Shown here: one piece after another, positions 38,160 to 51,921 of the stretch | Layout: the number at the start of each line of letters is the position of its first letter | Position numbering within the stretch: position 1 is the stretch's first letter | NCBI RefSeq assembly: GCF_009914755.1 | Contig: NC_060929.1 | DNA from: the human T2T-CHM13v2.0 reference genome, Homo sapiens | Length of the DNA stretch: 64,000 bases | Reading direction: 5' to 3' (one strand) | Position numbers and translations under genes: made by a program | Notes under the pieces: generated by a model | Told to the model about the DNA's origin: nothing | Databases searched by the model: none | The model's input: only the letters and a program-made list of their open reading frames with translations

Positions 38160-38550
38160 TGCTGTGGTTTGAATGTGTTCCCCCAAAGTTCATGTGTGGA
38201 AACTTAATCCCCAATGCAATGGTGTTGAGAGGTGAGACCTTCAAGAGGTAATTAGGTCCTGAGGGCTCCGCTCTCCTGAATGGATTGGGGTCATTATTGT
38301 GGGAGTGGGTTAACTAGGGCAGAAGCGGGCTCCTGATAAAAGGATGCTCTTGGCCCCCTTCCCTTCTTGCTCCCTCTCGCCTTCTCTTTGCCCTTCGGCT
38401 GTGGCATGACAGCAAGAAGGGCCTCATCAAATGCAGCCCCTTGATCCTGGACTTCCCAGACTCCAGAACCATGAGCCTAATACATTTCTGTGTATTATAA
38501 ATTATCCAGTCTGCAGTATTCTGTTATAGCAGTACAAAAGAACAAAAATA
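38160..38550 (+). mobile_element. MST-type MaLR LTR
   Basis: tgctgtggtttgaatgtgttcccccaaagttcatgtg...tattctgttatagcag. Confidence 0.85.
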
Positions 38551-38762
38551 TGCCTGCCTACAGATCATCTCAGGCAGTCCTCACAATGACTTCATGATAC
38601 AGGTGGTGCTAGGTCTATTTTGAAACTAGAGAAAAATGAGATTCAGAGAGGTTACTAACTGATTTCTCCAAGGTCACCTAGCAGATCCAGGTCTCAAATC
38701 CAGCACTCTTTGCCTGATGCAACTAACTGACTACTTAGATGGGCACCCTTGGGGGTCAATTA

Positions 38763-39209
<447 letters not shown>

Positions 39210-39493
39210 AAAAGTGGTTTGAGAGTTGCTGAGAAAGCTTTAAAACTAGGTTTCAACCTGGACTTGGTTGTTCACCTTGTTATTGAATAAAAAGTGGCTG
39301 TCTTATTGAATAAACCATTGAATTCTGAGTGCATCCTGGCAGTGGGAAAAGGGAATGCTAATCACCTTGCCAGTCTTTATGTTACAGAGGTGTTTTTGAA
39401 AAGTCAAATGCAAATGATTTTGAATATCAGATTATCTTCTCAAGAAACTCTTCCTTCAGGTTTGAGGACCAACATTTCTTAAAATTTTAACTT

Positions 39494-39778
39494 GGCCAGG
39501 CACGGTGGCTCATGCCTGTAATCCCAGCACTTTGGGAGACCGAGGCAGGCAGATCGCTTGAGCCCCGGAGTTTAAGACCAGTCTGACCAACATGGTGAAA
39601 CCCATCTCTACTAAAAATACAAAAATTAGCTGGGCATGGTGGCACATGCCTGTAAACCCAACATTTTGGGAGGCTGAGGTGGGAGGATCACTTGAGCTCA
39701 GGAGGTGGAGGTTGCAGTGAGCCAAGATCACACCACTGTACTCCAGCCTAAGCACCTGAGCAAGACTGTCTAAAAAGA
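39494..39778 (+). mobile_element. AluJb-like
   Basis: Dimeric Alu with J-type diagnostics. TTAACTT lies on both sides. Confidence 0.9.
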
Positions 39779-40914
39779 AATTAACTTTAAACTGCTTCAT
39801 ATTCAGCCTTCCTAATCATTCACGATATATAAACAAGCTTGTAAAAGTAAAAGGGCCTCTGCTGTTGACTTAAAAGAGGGTTGTTGTATAAGTATAAAAA
39901 TCTTTCCATAATCACTAACTCTGATTATAGTCCAAATTCCAGCTCCTTCACTTGAACTATTTGTGTATAACATTCTCCCTTATCTACAAAATAGGAATAA
40001 TAATATCTACTTCTTAGATATTAAACCAAGGATTCAACAAGGTAATATAAAAAGACTTAGAATACTGCTGGACCCTTTATTAGTGGTGAACCAACTATTA
40101 TATTTTATTACAGGTGGTGGAAACAGTAGCTGTAGTGCACTGTTTCATAAGGTCCTGGGGTTTTCTAAAGGGAGGCAATGTGTGGTCTTCTCTCCAACCC
40201 TTTTCCTGCCACCAGCATGGTTGGCATGAGCAAGTTGCCTTGGTAACCTGAGAGCAACAGTTGTTGACTTCAGGACTTCTACATACAGCAGAACGCTGCC
40301 TGGTTCTATTCCCTTCCCTGGGAGCATTTATAGGACTTGGAATCACGTGGTCTGCACACCTGACTTGATGAACTACTTGTTTAAAGAGCTGGAAAAACCC
40401 AAAACAATAAGGAGAGCAAAAGCAATGTGAGAAGAAAGCTGCCTCAGGTACGGGCCTTTTGCTCTCTGAGGTTGTTTGGCTATCACTTCCTCCACATGCA
40501 CATAGGAGTAACAACCTAATGAAATGCTCAGAAGGCTGCCAACACCCATCTCCAAGGCTCTGGAGGTGACTTCAATGAGACCCACTTAAGGAGCCCCACA
40601 GGCTCTCCTGAACACTATGCAGATTGGCTAATGAAATCCATCACCCCTCTTCTTTGACAGCTTCTTAATTAACCATCCTTTTAGTAAATCCAGCTGTGTA
40701 CAATGCATAAGCCATGGGCACATTTCAATGAACTTTAAATAATGATTTTTATAAAATTGGTGAAAAAAAATTAAATGAAAACCCTCTGCCTAAGCCTTTT
40801 ATCTGCAGCAATTAGCAAACATTACCCCAAGTTGCCTGTCTAATTTATAAGGTCTTGAGGACCTGATCTTTTTTCTGTCCCCACTAGGATTGCACAGATA
40901 GTTTTTAACTTCTG

Positions 40915-41441
40915 CAGAGAGGTTCTTAACTTAGGGACCAATAGACCCACAAGTGTTCCAAAGAGAGAATTCAGCAAGTCCATGAAGTTGGATGGAAAAA
41001 GATTACAACTTTATTTTTGCCAGCCTCAAATGGATATTTAGCATTTCTTTCAATTCAAAAGGCTGTCAGCAAACTACAATTCTGTACTTACAGCAGTCCC
41101 TACTTTTTTACTAGTAAAAATCAGATATTTTCATATCAAATAATAATTGTTGCAGATACCTTGAAATAGCATTTACTAATAGCACTACTTCTAAATTAAA
41201 ATAATCAATAGAACTGCCACTAGGTCTTATTTAATGCATTAGGAAAAAAAGCACATACATTATTATATCACAAATGTGTACTTTAAGCATTTTGATAACT
41301 GTATTTTAATATTACTACAGTCTGCTGTGGAATTCTATGAATTTTATTTTATGCATTTTAAAATATTCCTCTGAGAAAGGTTCCACTGGCTTCACCAGGC
41401 TGCTGGGGGTTCCCATGGCATGAATAAAGTTAAAAACCCTG
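40915..41441 (+). mobile_element. Charlie4a-like hAT non-autonomous element
   Basis: TIRs CAGAGAGGTTCTTAAC...GTTAAAAACCCTG, about 525 bp. Internal ttggatggaaaaagattacaactttatttt. Confidence 0.75.
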
Positions 41442-41617
41442 GAGCAAGGGGCCCAATTCCTGGCCCTCCTGCTGATCAATAGCACACCCTTCTTCTGTCA
41501 TCCTCATCTTCCACTCTTTTTTGTCCTTCTAGTTACCCCCACCTCCTTCCCAGCCCTAGGCACTGCGTTGCATTTCATTTCTGATAACTCTTCCTAAAGT
41601 ATGAACTAAAAGCATAA

Positions 41618-41912
<295 letters not shown>

Positions 41913-42424
41913 GCCACTTACACTTATATGTCCTATGGTTGCATAGGCACCCCTGATTCCCTTCTCCCATAAGAGCTTGTGGGGGCCTCCCACTCCCTGC
42001 TCACTGTGAGAAGCGCATCGCCCTGCCAGAGGCCCCTGTGCCACCATGGAGCTTCAGCGGGGCGGGTTCACCGTGGTGCATTACAGAGTTTTCCTAAAAT
42101 GACACCCTCCATCCTGTGGTTGATACTGTGGTTTGGAGATTTTTAATGAGCCCATAAACTATCTTTATAGTTGTCCTTGTTTGTTTTTAAAACATTGGAG
42201 TTATCAGCAGGATCCTGAGTCTCATTTCACTCTTCAAGCAGATTCTATTTTTGGCTTGGCAAACTTTGAGAGTGGAAGCCTTTTCCACGAAGAAGAAATG
42301 GAGCCAAAAAGAAATGGCTTCCTAAAAAAGCTTCATGTGCTTCTGGAAGAAAAATGATGTAGGAGGTGGAAGTCCAACCTAGAAATAGAACAGAGGCCAG
42401 AGGCAGGAGTCCTCCTCATGGGAG

Positions 42425-42583
42425 CATGACCTGTGGTAGCTCTGGGCTGGGCCTGCAGAAGGCGCCATGCCTGGTGAATGCCCTGCTCCCGCCATCTTGA
42501 GATGAGATGCTTCTCAAGTGTGGAAGAATCAGTTCTGCATTTTCATTTTGTACTGGACCCCACAGATTATGTAGCTGGTGCTG
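42425..42583 (+). mobile_element. MER91A-like hAT-Tip100 MITE
   Basis: gccatcttgaga...gcattttcattttgtactggaccccacagattatgtagctggtgctg. Confidence 0.6.
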
Positions 42584-42679
42584 GCCAGCTGGGCTGTGTT
42601 GTGAGTAATACCTCCTTGTGTTCTCAGAGGATAAGAAGGGAGCTCAGTGGGGGGAAATGGCACCTAAGTTGTAAGGGTG

Positions 42680-43444
42680 CGTGAAGGCTTATTTTAAACC
42701 TCAACTCGACTGAAACATGCGGTGTCCAGATTAAATATTATTTCTGGGTGTGTCTGTGAGGGTGTCTCTGGATGAGATTAGCATTGAATCAGTGGACTGA
42801 GTAAAGCAGACCGCCCTCCCCAGTATGGGAAGACATCCTCCAGTCTATTGAAGGTCTAAGTAGAAAGCGAAGGTGCTGGAAGAGGGTATTTGCTCTCTCT
42901 GCTTGACTGCTTGAATGGGAATGTTAATCTTCTCCTGCCCTTGACTGGGACATGTACCATCAGCCCTCTGGCTCTCAGAACTTGACCACCAGCTTTCCCG
43001 GGTCTCCAGCTTTAAGATGACAGACCGTGGGACTTCTCAGCCTCCACAATTGTGTGAGCCGATGCTTCAAAATGAATCATATACATTAGATTTTATTTTA
43101 TTTTTTTTTGAGATGGAGTCTGGCTCAGTCACCCAGGCTGGAGTGCAATGGCGCAATCTCAGCTCACCACAACTCCGTCTCCCGGATTCAGGCGATTCTT
43201 CTGCCTCAGCCTCGCAAGTAGCTGGGATTACAGGCACCTGCCACCACACCCAGCTAATTTTTTGTGTTTTCAGTAGAGATGGGGTTTCCCCATGTTGGCC
43301 AGGCTGGTCTTGAACTCCTGACCTCAGGTGATCTGCCCACCTCGTCCTCCCAAAGTATTGGGATTACAGGCGTGAGCCACCGCACGCAGGTTCCATTTTA
43401 AACTGATTGGATCTCCCCTGGGAGAGCAAATCTGACCTAGAGCA
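42680..43444 (+). mobile_element. MLT2B-like ERVL LTR, split by an Alu
   Basis: attatttctgggtgtgtctgtgagggtg...gggacttctcagcctccacaattgtgtgagcc. Confidence 0.8.
43091..43390 (-). mobile_element. AluS
   Basis: Dimeric Alu on the minus strand. Confidence 0.95.
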
Positions 43445-43564
43445 AAGGCCTTGTTCAGCCTGGGGTGTCCTGTTGGGTCCAAGCATTCATGAAGCTACAT
43501 CTTTCAGACCCTTAGGTCTCAGGAGCCTCCTTAGAGAACCCAGAATTAGAGTGTGCCCATGAAC

Positions 43565-44015
43565 TGTATTCATTTGCTACCACTGCTATAACAAAGTACC
43601 ATAAACTTGGTGGCTTAAAACAACACAAGCTTACTCTCTTACAATTCTGGATACCAGAAGTCTGAACTCATCCTTATAGGCCTAAAATCAAGGGATCTGG
43701 AGGCCCCAGGAGAGAACCTGTTTCTTGCCCCTTCCAGCTTCTCATGGGTGCCAAGAATCCTCGGCTCATGACCTCATTACTCCCATCTCTGCCTCTGTGG
43801 TCATTTTGTCTCCTCATCTGTGTTAAAGCTCCATCTGCCTCCCTCTTATAAAGACACTGACAACCACATTTGAGGCCCACCAGGAAAATCTCTCCATCCC
43901 AAGGTCCTTAACTTAGTTGTATCTGCAGAGTCCCCCTTGCCACATAAGGTAACATTCACAAGTTCCAGGGATTCAAGCATGCATGTCTTCGGTGGCCATC
44001 ACTCAGGCTACCATA
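43565..44015 (-). mobile_element. MLT1D/C-like MaLR LTR
   Basis: tgtattcatttgctac...ggtggcttaaaacaacac...ataaggtaacattcacaagttccagggatt. Confidence 0.8.
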
Positions 44016-44982
44016 GGAGCTGTTGTGAAAGTTTGTGCTCAGCCAAGAAGCCCAGTGTCTTCCTGCAGCCCCAGGCCACTCCAGCACTTCCCTCACTGCT
44101 CTCCACTCTGGGCCTGAACTTCCAGAAGGCTCCCTGAAGCAGATCCACACCTCTGCAGCACCACTTCCCCAACCTTACCAAAGTGTGCCTGTGAACAGAT
44201 GCTGCAAGAGGAGAAAGGAGAGGGGGAGGAAGGAGAAGGAGAAAGGGTAAAGGGAGGGAGGGTCACTCCAACCTTGCCTGCTGGTTAATGCAATAAACTG
44301 AATTGGACCAAGATGTCGATCACCTCTAATGATGGCATACATACTCTTAATACTTAATTTGACTCAAAGAAGAGACTAATAAAATAATTCCAGGCCCTGG
44401 AGAGGTCCACAGGGAAGACACTTTTGTTCAGGCACTGAAAAATAAACTATATCCATTTACCAGTAGGCTGGTCTGACCACTGGAACCAATGAACGACAGC
44501 AGTTCAGGCATTTTATAAACCCAGAGCACTGGCCAGGGATGAGCTCTGCAGCAATGGGTTTGCCTCTGTTTAGCCTCAGAACCTGGCTGACAACAGAACA
44601 GGGCCTGCGGGAAAACAAGGACAGGTGGCCAGTTATCCAAAGGGCTTCCTGCTCCACCATCTCCTACTCTCTCTGGACAGTTCATACACCAGAGAAAATG
44701 GCCTAAATATACGAACCAGATGATATGAGTCCCTTGGGAATGGGACTCATAAATACCACTCTGGGTGGAATTTAGCACAAATGGGATGGTGTGCAGAGCC
44801 ATCCCTGAGCTCCCGTGAAGTGAGTGGAGTCGTCCTCTTTGTTATTCTCCCCTAAAGGCCCCTTCTGTCTTTACCCTGCCTCATAAAACTCCCCACACAT
44901 TCAGCCCCCAGGGCCTGACACTGTTTCTGTCTTTGCGGCCCTGTCAGCAAGGGTTCAGGGGATAGTGGAGGAACATAAACAC

Positions 44983-45284
44983 TTTTTTTTTAAAGAGAAG
45001 GTCCCACTCTTTTGCCCAGGTTGGAGTGCAGTGGAGCAATCATGGCTCACTGCAGCCTTGACATCCCATGCTCAAGTGATCTTCCCACATCAGGTCCCCC
45101 AAGTAGCTGGGACCACAGGCATACAACATTATGCCTGGCTAGTTGCTTTTCTTTTAATTTTTTTGTAGAGACAGTGTTTCCCTACGTTGCCCAGGCTGGT
45201 CTCACACCCCTGGGCTCAAGCAATCCTCCCTCCTCAGCCTCACAAAGTATCGGGATTACAGGCATGAGCTTGCTATTCCTGGCC
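44983..45284 (-). mobile_element. AluJ
   Basis: Diverged dimeric Alu. TAAACAC lies on both sides. Confidence 0.9.
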
Positions 45285-45298
45285 CTAAACACATTTTT

Positions 45299-45589
45299 TT
45301 TTTTTTTTGAGACGGAGTCTCGCTCTGTCACCCAGGCTGGAGGGCAATGGTGTGATCTCGGCTCACTGCAACCTCCACCTCCAGGGTTCAAGTAATTCTC
45401 CTCCCTCAGCCTCCTGAGTAGCTGGGATTACAGGCGTCTGCCACCACATCCAGCTAATTTTTGTATTTTTAGTAGAGACAGGGTTTTGCCATGTTGGCCA
45501 GGCTGGTCTTGAACTCCTGACCTCAGGTGATCACCTGCTTCAGCCTCCCAAAGTGCTAGGATTACAGGCGTGGGCCACTGCGTCCAGCC
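45299..45589 (-). mobile_element. AluS
   Basis: TSD CTAAACACATTTTT (45285-45298, 45590-45603). Confidence 0.95.
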
Positions 45590-46924
45590 CTAAACACATT
45601 TTTAAAAGAAAATATGAATAACGTGCTAAAAACCAAATGGGTGATGCACATAATTTGTGTTGAAATTCAGAAGGGAAAGAACTTTGTGAAGGAGGTGATG
45701 CTTGGATTTGGCCTTGAACCCGTGAGCCAGGCACAGGCAAGCAGAGGATAAGGCCAGTGAGTGGGAAAACTCACGGAAGAATTAAGAAAAGCCACATGAG
45801 AGAGTCATAGAAAGGCCACGGGCTGGGGTCAGGGACATCTGTGATGCACCCATTAGAGCTATAGTCTGGTCCAGAGGGGACAGGGCCTAAGCTAAGGTGA
45901 TGATGATAATGAAGGGCAAAGCCTGGTAATGGAGTTAATGTGGCCAAAGAGAGTTAGTGCTCCACCCACCCAGCCCCAGTGTGGACTCCTGGCCTTCCCC
46001 ATCTAAATGCTACCACTCTCCCCATAGCCAGGAAGCCCCACAATTCTTTTATCTTTTGCTCAGAGCCCCATAGCTAAACACTATTGACTTTAATTTTCAA
46101 ATATATGTCCAATCAGATCAGTTCTAACCACCTTCATTGGCACCTCTCCAGTTCGACACCATCTCTTGTCCAAGTTACTGAAACAGCCTCATGGCTGCCC
46201 TTCCTTTAAGCATTTTGCTGTATTACAATTCATTCTCCACACAGCTGCATAAATACAGGCAAGCCACGCCCCTGCTTAAAGCCCTCCAAGGCTTCCCGCA
46301 GCATCGCAGCATCGGGAATTAGATCCAAACACATTACCAGGGACAAAAGGCCCTCCTTGTCCTGCTCTGCTTTGCTGTCTGACTTTGTAAAACCATCCCA
46401 GAGATGAAGTGGCTCTACTCCGAAATGGTACCAATTGTCCTAACTCCTGGTAGACGTTTCCTATGTGCCAAGGATTCTTCTAGGTTCTTCATAAGTAGTA
46501 AATCATTTGATTGCCCCTCCTCCCCCTAAATAACACTAGGAGTTAAATCCTATGGTCCCTATCTTACTGATGAAAAAATTGGAACACAGAAATCTTACAT
46601 AAGCGGCCGGACTGGGGTGAGACCCCTGACTCCCCCATTATGCTATACCCTTCCCCATCTCCTGTGGCCAGTGGAAGTGATGATGCAGTTTTGTAAGAAG
46701 GAAAACTGTGGCTGTGCTGGAAAGTGAGAAAGGCATGTGTATCCATGCATACACATACATACCTTTAAATATGTGACATGTTCAAACACACGTAGGAAAG
46801 AGTGTAAAAGGATATCAACAAAATGTTAACAGTGATTATCTCTGGAAATGAGAGAATGGGTGCTTTCTATTGTATTTTCCTGAATTTACACCTTTTCTAA
46901 AAAAATTTCTAAACATAAAATAGG

Positions 46925-47215
46925 TATTGCTTAAATGTCATCCTTTTTTAGTGAGGCTTCCCTGAAGACCTTTACATCCCCCTTACATGCTCCCTCCCTC
47001 ATTTCTGCTTGACTGTTCTCCACAGCACATACCTTCATTCAATATACTATACATTTTACTTATTGTAGTGGTTTTATGCCTCCCTTTTAGAATATAAATA
47101 CCATAAGTAGGGAATTATCACCTGTTTTGTTCATTCCTGTATCCTTAGACCCTAGAATAGGAAATTCATAGTAAGCACTCAATCTGTTGAATAAATAAAT
47201 GAAATCAATGAATTA
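46925..47215 (+). mobile_element. L2a 3' end
   Basis: aaatgtcatcctttttagtgaggcttccctga...catagtaagcactcaa...tgttgaataaataaatgaa. Confidence 0.75.
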
Positions 47216-47927
47216 AAAGAAAAAGTAGGTCATTTTTAGGAGCACATATCATAGGCAACCTCTTCACCTAAGGCTGACCCAGAACAGAGGCTGGCACTCC
47301 TGTGGGTCACATGTTCCCACTAGTTTGGGAAAAAGTGTTTGCTATCTCAGCATCATGCTCCCCTCATCTGCCACCCTCACAAGGAAGATCACTACCATTG
47401 GGCAGCCAGCCATTGTTCTAGTTGCCTACGATGCTACCTGCTCTTCTTGTCTTTACTCTGTTTGTACAAAGCCTACACTCCCTGGAAATTTCACTCACGG
47501 CTAGTTCTGTGTTAACTTTGCTTACTCCATTTGTGGAAGTGGTCCAGCTCTCTTCCCAGCCATGGATAGAACAGCTGGTGGGGACAGCTTAAACAAAGTC
47601 AGGTGCTAACTGCTTCCCGCCCAGTAGCTGGTGTTCAAAGACTTAGCTCAGCCCTTGGCCCCAAGACTCTGCTGTGCAATTTGCACACCTCCCTCAAGAG
47701 GCTTGGGAGAGAAATACAGTCCCCATAGCCATCCCCTTAGAGACAGACTGAGAGCCGAAATTCCCTTCTTGCAAAAGAATTTGGGGACAGTCCTGGCCCC
47801 ATCAGCTGAACAGACAGTTTGGTTTTATAAAACAACTTGGGGGAAAACTAGATAACTCTTATTTTTTGATTTCCTGGGAAAATAATGTGATTATTTTGTG
47901 TATAAGTGTTTTTAATTTGACTTTTTA

Positions 47928-48143
<216 letters not shown>

Positions 48144-48824
48144 TCACTAATCTAGCAGTCCTCCTGTTGTTGGATACTTGAGCTGCCTCTAATGGCTCAC
48201 CAATATAAATAAGGCAACAACAAACATCTTCAAATATATAGTTTTTTATCTTTGGAATTCCTTCTTGAACTTGACCCTTCTACCTGTTGGTTTTAGCTAG
48301 TATACACCCAGCATCTGGTAGAAAACACTTTTATGTTATATTAGGCTGAAAACCTGGGAATCCTATGATTTGTGTGGGCCACACCCTTGTTTCTGTAAGA
48401 ACTGTTGTGTTTTCACAGGAAATGTTAGTAATACAAGTGGTGTTAAGCAGTGAATAGATGTTCATTTACTAAAACAGGAAGAACCAAAGTAGTGTTGAGA
48501 GGCAGAATCCAGACAACAGGAAACAGTCACAAGATGCAGAAGGTTCTGTGAGTTCTGAGGGTCTGTGCAAATTTGACTCTGTAATAAGGTAGATGGGCAA
48601 AAAGTGGAAATATCAGGTCTGAGACATGAATGCAAGAAAGATCCTGTGGACAAAGAGTCTAGTATAGTGATTAACAAATATGGGTTCGGAGTCACACATA
48701 TGTTCAATTTCCAGTTCTACAGATTAGGTGTGTGACCTTGAAAAAGTCGCCTAAACTCTCCAAGCCTTGGTTTCTTATCTCTAAAATGGAAATTGTAAAT
48801 GATACTACATTGACAGGGCTCTTA

Positions 48825-49580
48825 TGCCCTCAAACTTCCCTTCGGGCTTGGCCAATACAGAGCCCCAGCTGATGAGAGGAAGGAAAGAGAAGGAGGTCAA
48901 AGTATATATTCTATAAGGTACCTCCTTGTGAGGTTGTGGCTGTGTCCCTCAACAAGAAAGCAGCACTCCTTTTCAAGTGGCGTGCTCTACAATACTCCTT
49001 TTCCCTTCAGGTTTCAACAACCTCTTCTTCTCCTTATCTCTTTGGCCCTAGAGATAGCATCTTAGTTCATCTTCTGTAATTTATAACAGAATACCTGGAA
49101 CTGGGTAATTTATAAGAAACAGTTTATTTCTCATAGCTTAGGGAAGTCCAAGGTTGAGAGGGCCATCTGGTGAGAACCTTCTTTCTGGTGGGGACTCTCC
49201 GCAAAGTCCCAAGGTGGTGCAGGGCATCATATAGTTGGGGGGCTGAGTGGGTGAACTCAGGTCTCTCTTCCTCTCCTTATAAAGCTCACTCCATGACAAC
49301 CCATTAATCTCTGAATGGATTTATCCATTCAGGAGGGGAGAGCCCTTAGGACCCTTAAAGGTCTCATCTGTCAATAATGACACATTGGGGATTAAATTTC
49401 AACTTGAATGTTGGAGGAGACAATTATCAAAACCACAGCAGATGGTAACCACTCTGAAGTCCCCTGTGGTTCCCCTATTCTCCCCCATCTTTGTAATTTA
49501 GCTCTTAGTAAATCAACCCTGCTCAAATTATTCTACTTTGAGTGTGCTGTCTGATTTCCATTGGGACCCACACCAATACA
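48825..49580 (+). mobile_element. LTR33-like ERVL LTR, split by an MST element
   Basis: ttggccaata...tttgagtgtgctgtctgatttcc...ccaataca. Confidence 0.6.
49058..49440 (-). mobile_element. MST-type MaLR LTR
   Basis: ataacagaatacctgg...ctgggtaatttataag...aaaccacagca. Near-TSD GATAG/GATGG. Confidence 0.8.
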
Positions 49581-49584
49581 GTAT

Positions 49585-49928
49585 CCTTCCCCTGCTGTTT
49601 TATCTATTACATTCCTTAGGCCCTCTGGCTTCCAGATGGATTCAGTCAATAAGGACCCTGGATGGTGGAAGGTGGGGACTTGCAGGCATGTCTGTTTTCA
49701 GTGATGTCTCCTGTGGTTCCAGCTTTGAACAGTGACTGGCCCCTGGGCTTCAATAACACAGCCCGTTCCCTTTTGCTCTCTGCTGTTGCTGATCTCAGCT
49801 GCCTCACCATTGCTGTCTGGGTTCTCTCCTCTTCCTTCACCTGCATAACCAATTCCCTGGATTAAATTTCCTTTGGTTAAAATACTTAGAAGAAGTTTGG
49901 TTGCCTTGGTTGGACCCTGACTGATATA
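49585..49928 (+). mobile_element. Old ERVL-class LTR fragment (LTR33/LTR41-like)
   Basis: ccctctggcttccagatggattcagtcaat...attaaatttcc...tggaccctgactgatata. Confidence 0.45.
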
Positions 49929-50132
49929 TTCTCTAAGTCGCAGTTTCCTCATCTGTAAAACAAATCTAACAAATAATACCTATCACCAAAGGATAATGTG
50001 AGAATATTAATGTAGGAAAAACCCATGATAACTGCTCAATAGATATTAACCATTAGTAGTCTTTTCAGAGCTTCTGGTGGTCCTTGGGATAAAGTCCATC
50101 CTCTGTAATATGATTTATAAAATATGGCTCCT

Positions 50133-50483
<351 letters not shown>

Positions 50484-51693
50484 TCATACAGATTCCCCAG
50501 CCCTATATAAAGTCTTTCACTGTTCCCTCTACTAACTCTGGCATAATACCTATTCCACTTTATTATAATTACTTATCTCCATCCATCTTCTCTGCTAAAG
50601 CTGTGGGGTCCCCAGAACTTGTTCATAGCTTACTCACACTAAATCCTCAGTAAATGTATACAAATAGAAGGAAGGAAAAAGGAAAGGGGAGGAAACAAGA
50701 GAGGGACAGGTAGTAGTAAGAAGTACAATGACCTAGAGATCCTGGCAAAATAGTGGGTCAACAATCTAGACCAGTGAGTCAGGGGTAAAGGCATAGACAA
50801 AAGCTACTTGTTGCTAGGAGGCAATGGGTCAGAAATCTAGATGGAAAACAGTACAAGGCTGTACAAACAAAGGAACCAAAGGTAAACATGAAACAGAAGT
50901 TTCCAGCCCCACCAGGAGCTCTTATTCACCTCCTGCTGACTCGGGAAGCTGTTCCACCATCCATCACGCAAGGTAAGAAAGGCGAATGGCAGCACCTGGC
51001 TGGAAAAGGAGTGAGGGGAAGTATGGGTGGCTGATTGTGACGGAAACACAAGGCTGTACAGCACTGGCCATGTTCCTTGAGTCAAAATGATCCAGGCGGC
51101 TTTCAAAAATCTTAGTACATGAGAAATACCCCATGGCCCACTCTCTTATTTCCCCTTTCACCATGGAAACTCGCCAAGCTGAGTTTCTTGACTGGGCTAC
51201 CTGCACGACCAAACCAAACAGGCACCTAATCTCTAATCTTACTGCTGGGCTCTGTCTCAGACCAGATGAGCAGAGTTCAGGCTGGATATCCCACAGGAGG
51301 AAGGCTGAATACCCCTCTCCTCACCAAAGTTGGTTAAGGTCTGGGTGAGTTATGTCTCATGTTCCTGTTGTGAAATGGAATGAACAAACAGGGGATGTGA
51401 TTCATGTCTGTAGACACGTAGTATTCCTGAGAGCTAATCAGGAAATGCCATTTCATGTCTGGTCTTATAAAGCCTCTTCAAAAATTTGATAGAGGCTAAA
51501 GGGGAGCAATCATTTTAAAGTGAGCTCTTGTTATCTCTTCAACCACCTACGCCACACGCCCACCACTAAGTTCTGAGAAAACTTTACACCCCCCTCTTCT
51601 TCCTCTGCCCTAGTCCCTCTCCCCAACCCGTACCGCCAACACACACACCTGCATACACATGCACATGCAAATTGTTTGAAAGAAACATCATAT

Positions 51694-51921
51694 GGCCAGG
51701 TACGGCGGCTCACGCCTGCAATCTCAGGACTTTGGATGGCTGAGGCGGAAGGATCTCTTGAACCGGCCATAGTGGCTCATACCTGTGGTCCCAGCCACTC
51801 AGGAGGCTGAAGTGGGAGGATAGCTTGAGCCTGGGAATTCCAGGCTGGGTGAGCCGAGATCGCGCCATTGGCCTCCAGATCAAGTGACAGAGCCAGACCC
51901 CGTCTCAAAAAAAAAAAAAAG
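51694..51921 (+). mobile_element. AluJ with an internal deletion
   Basis: The left arm jumps to the start of the right arm. GAAACATCATA lies on both sides. Confidence 0.85.

Noticed and set aside
39280-39314. TTATTGAATAAA direct repeat, two copies
   Set aside because: Short and AT-rich; plausible by chance or slippage.
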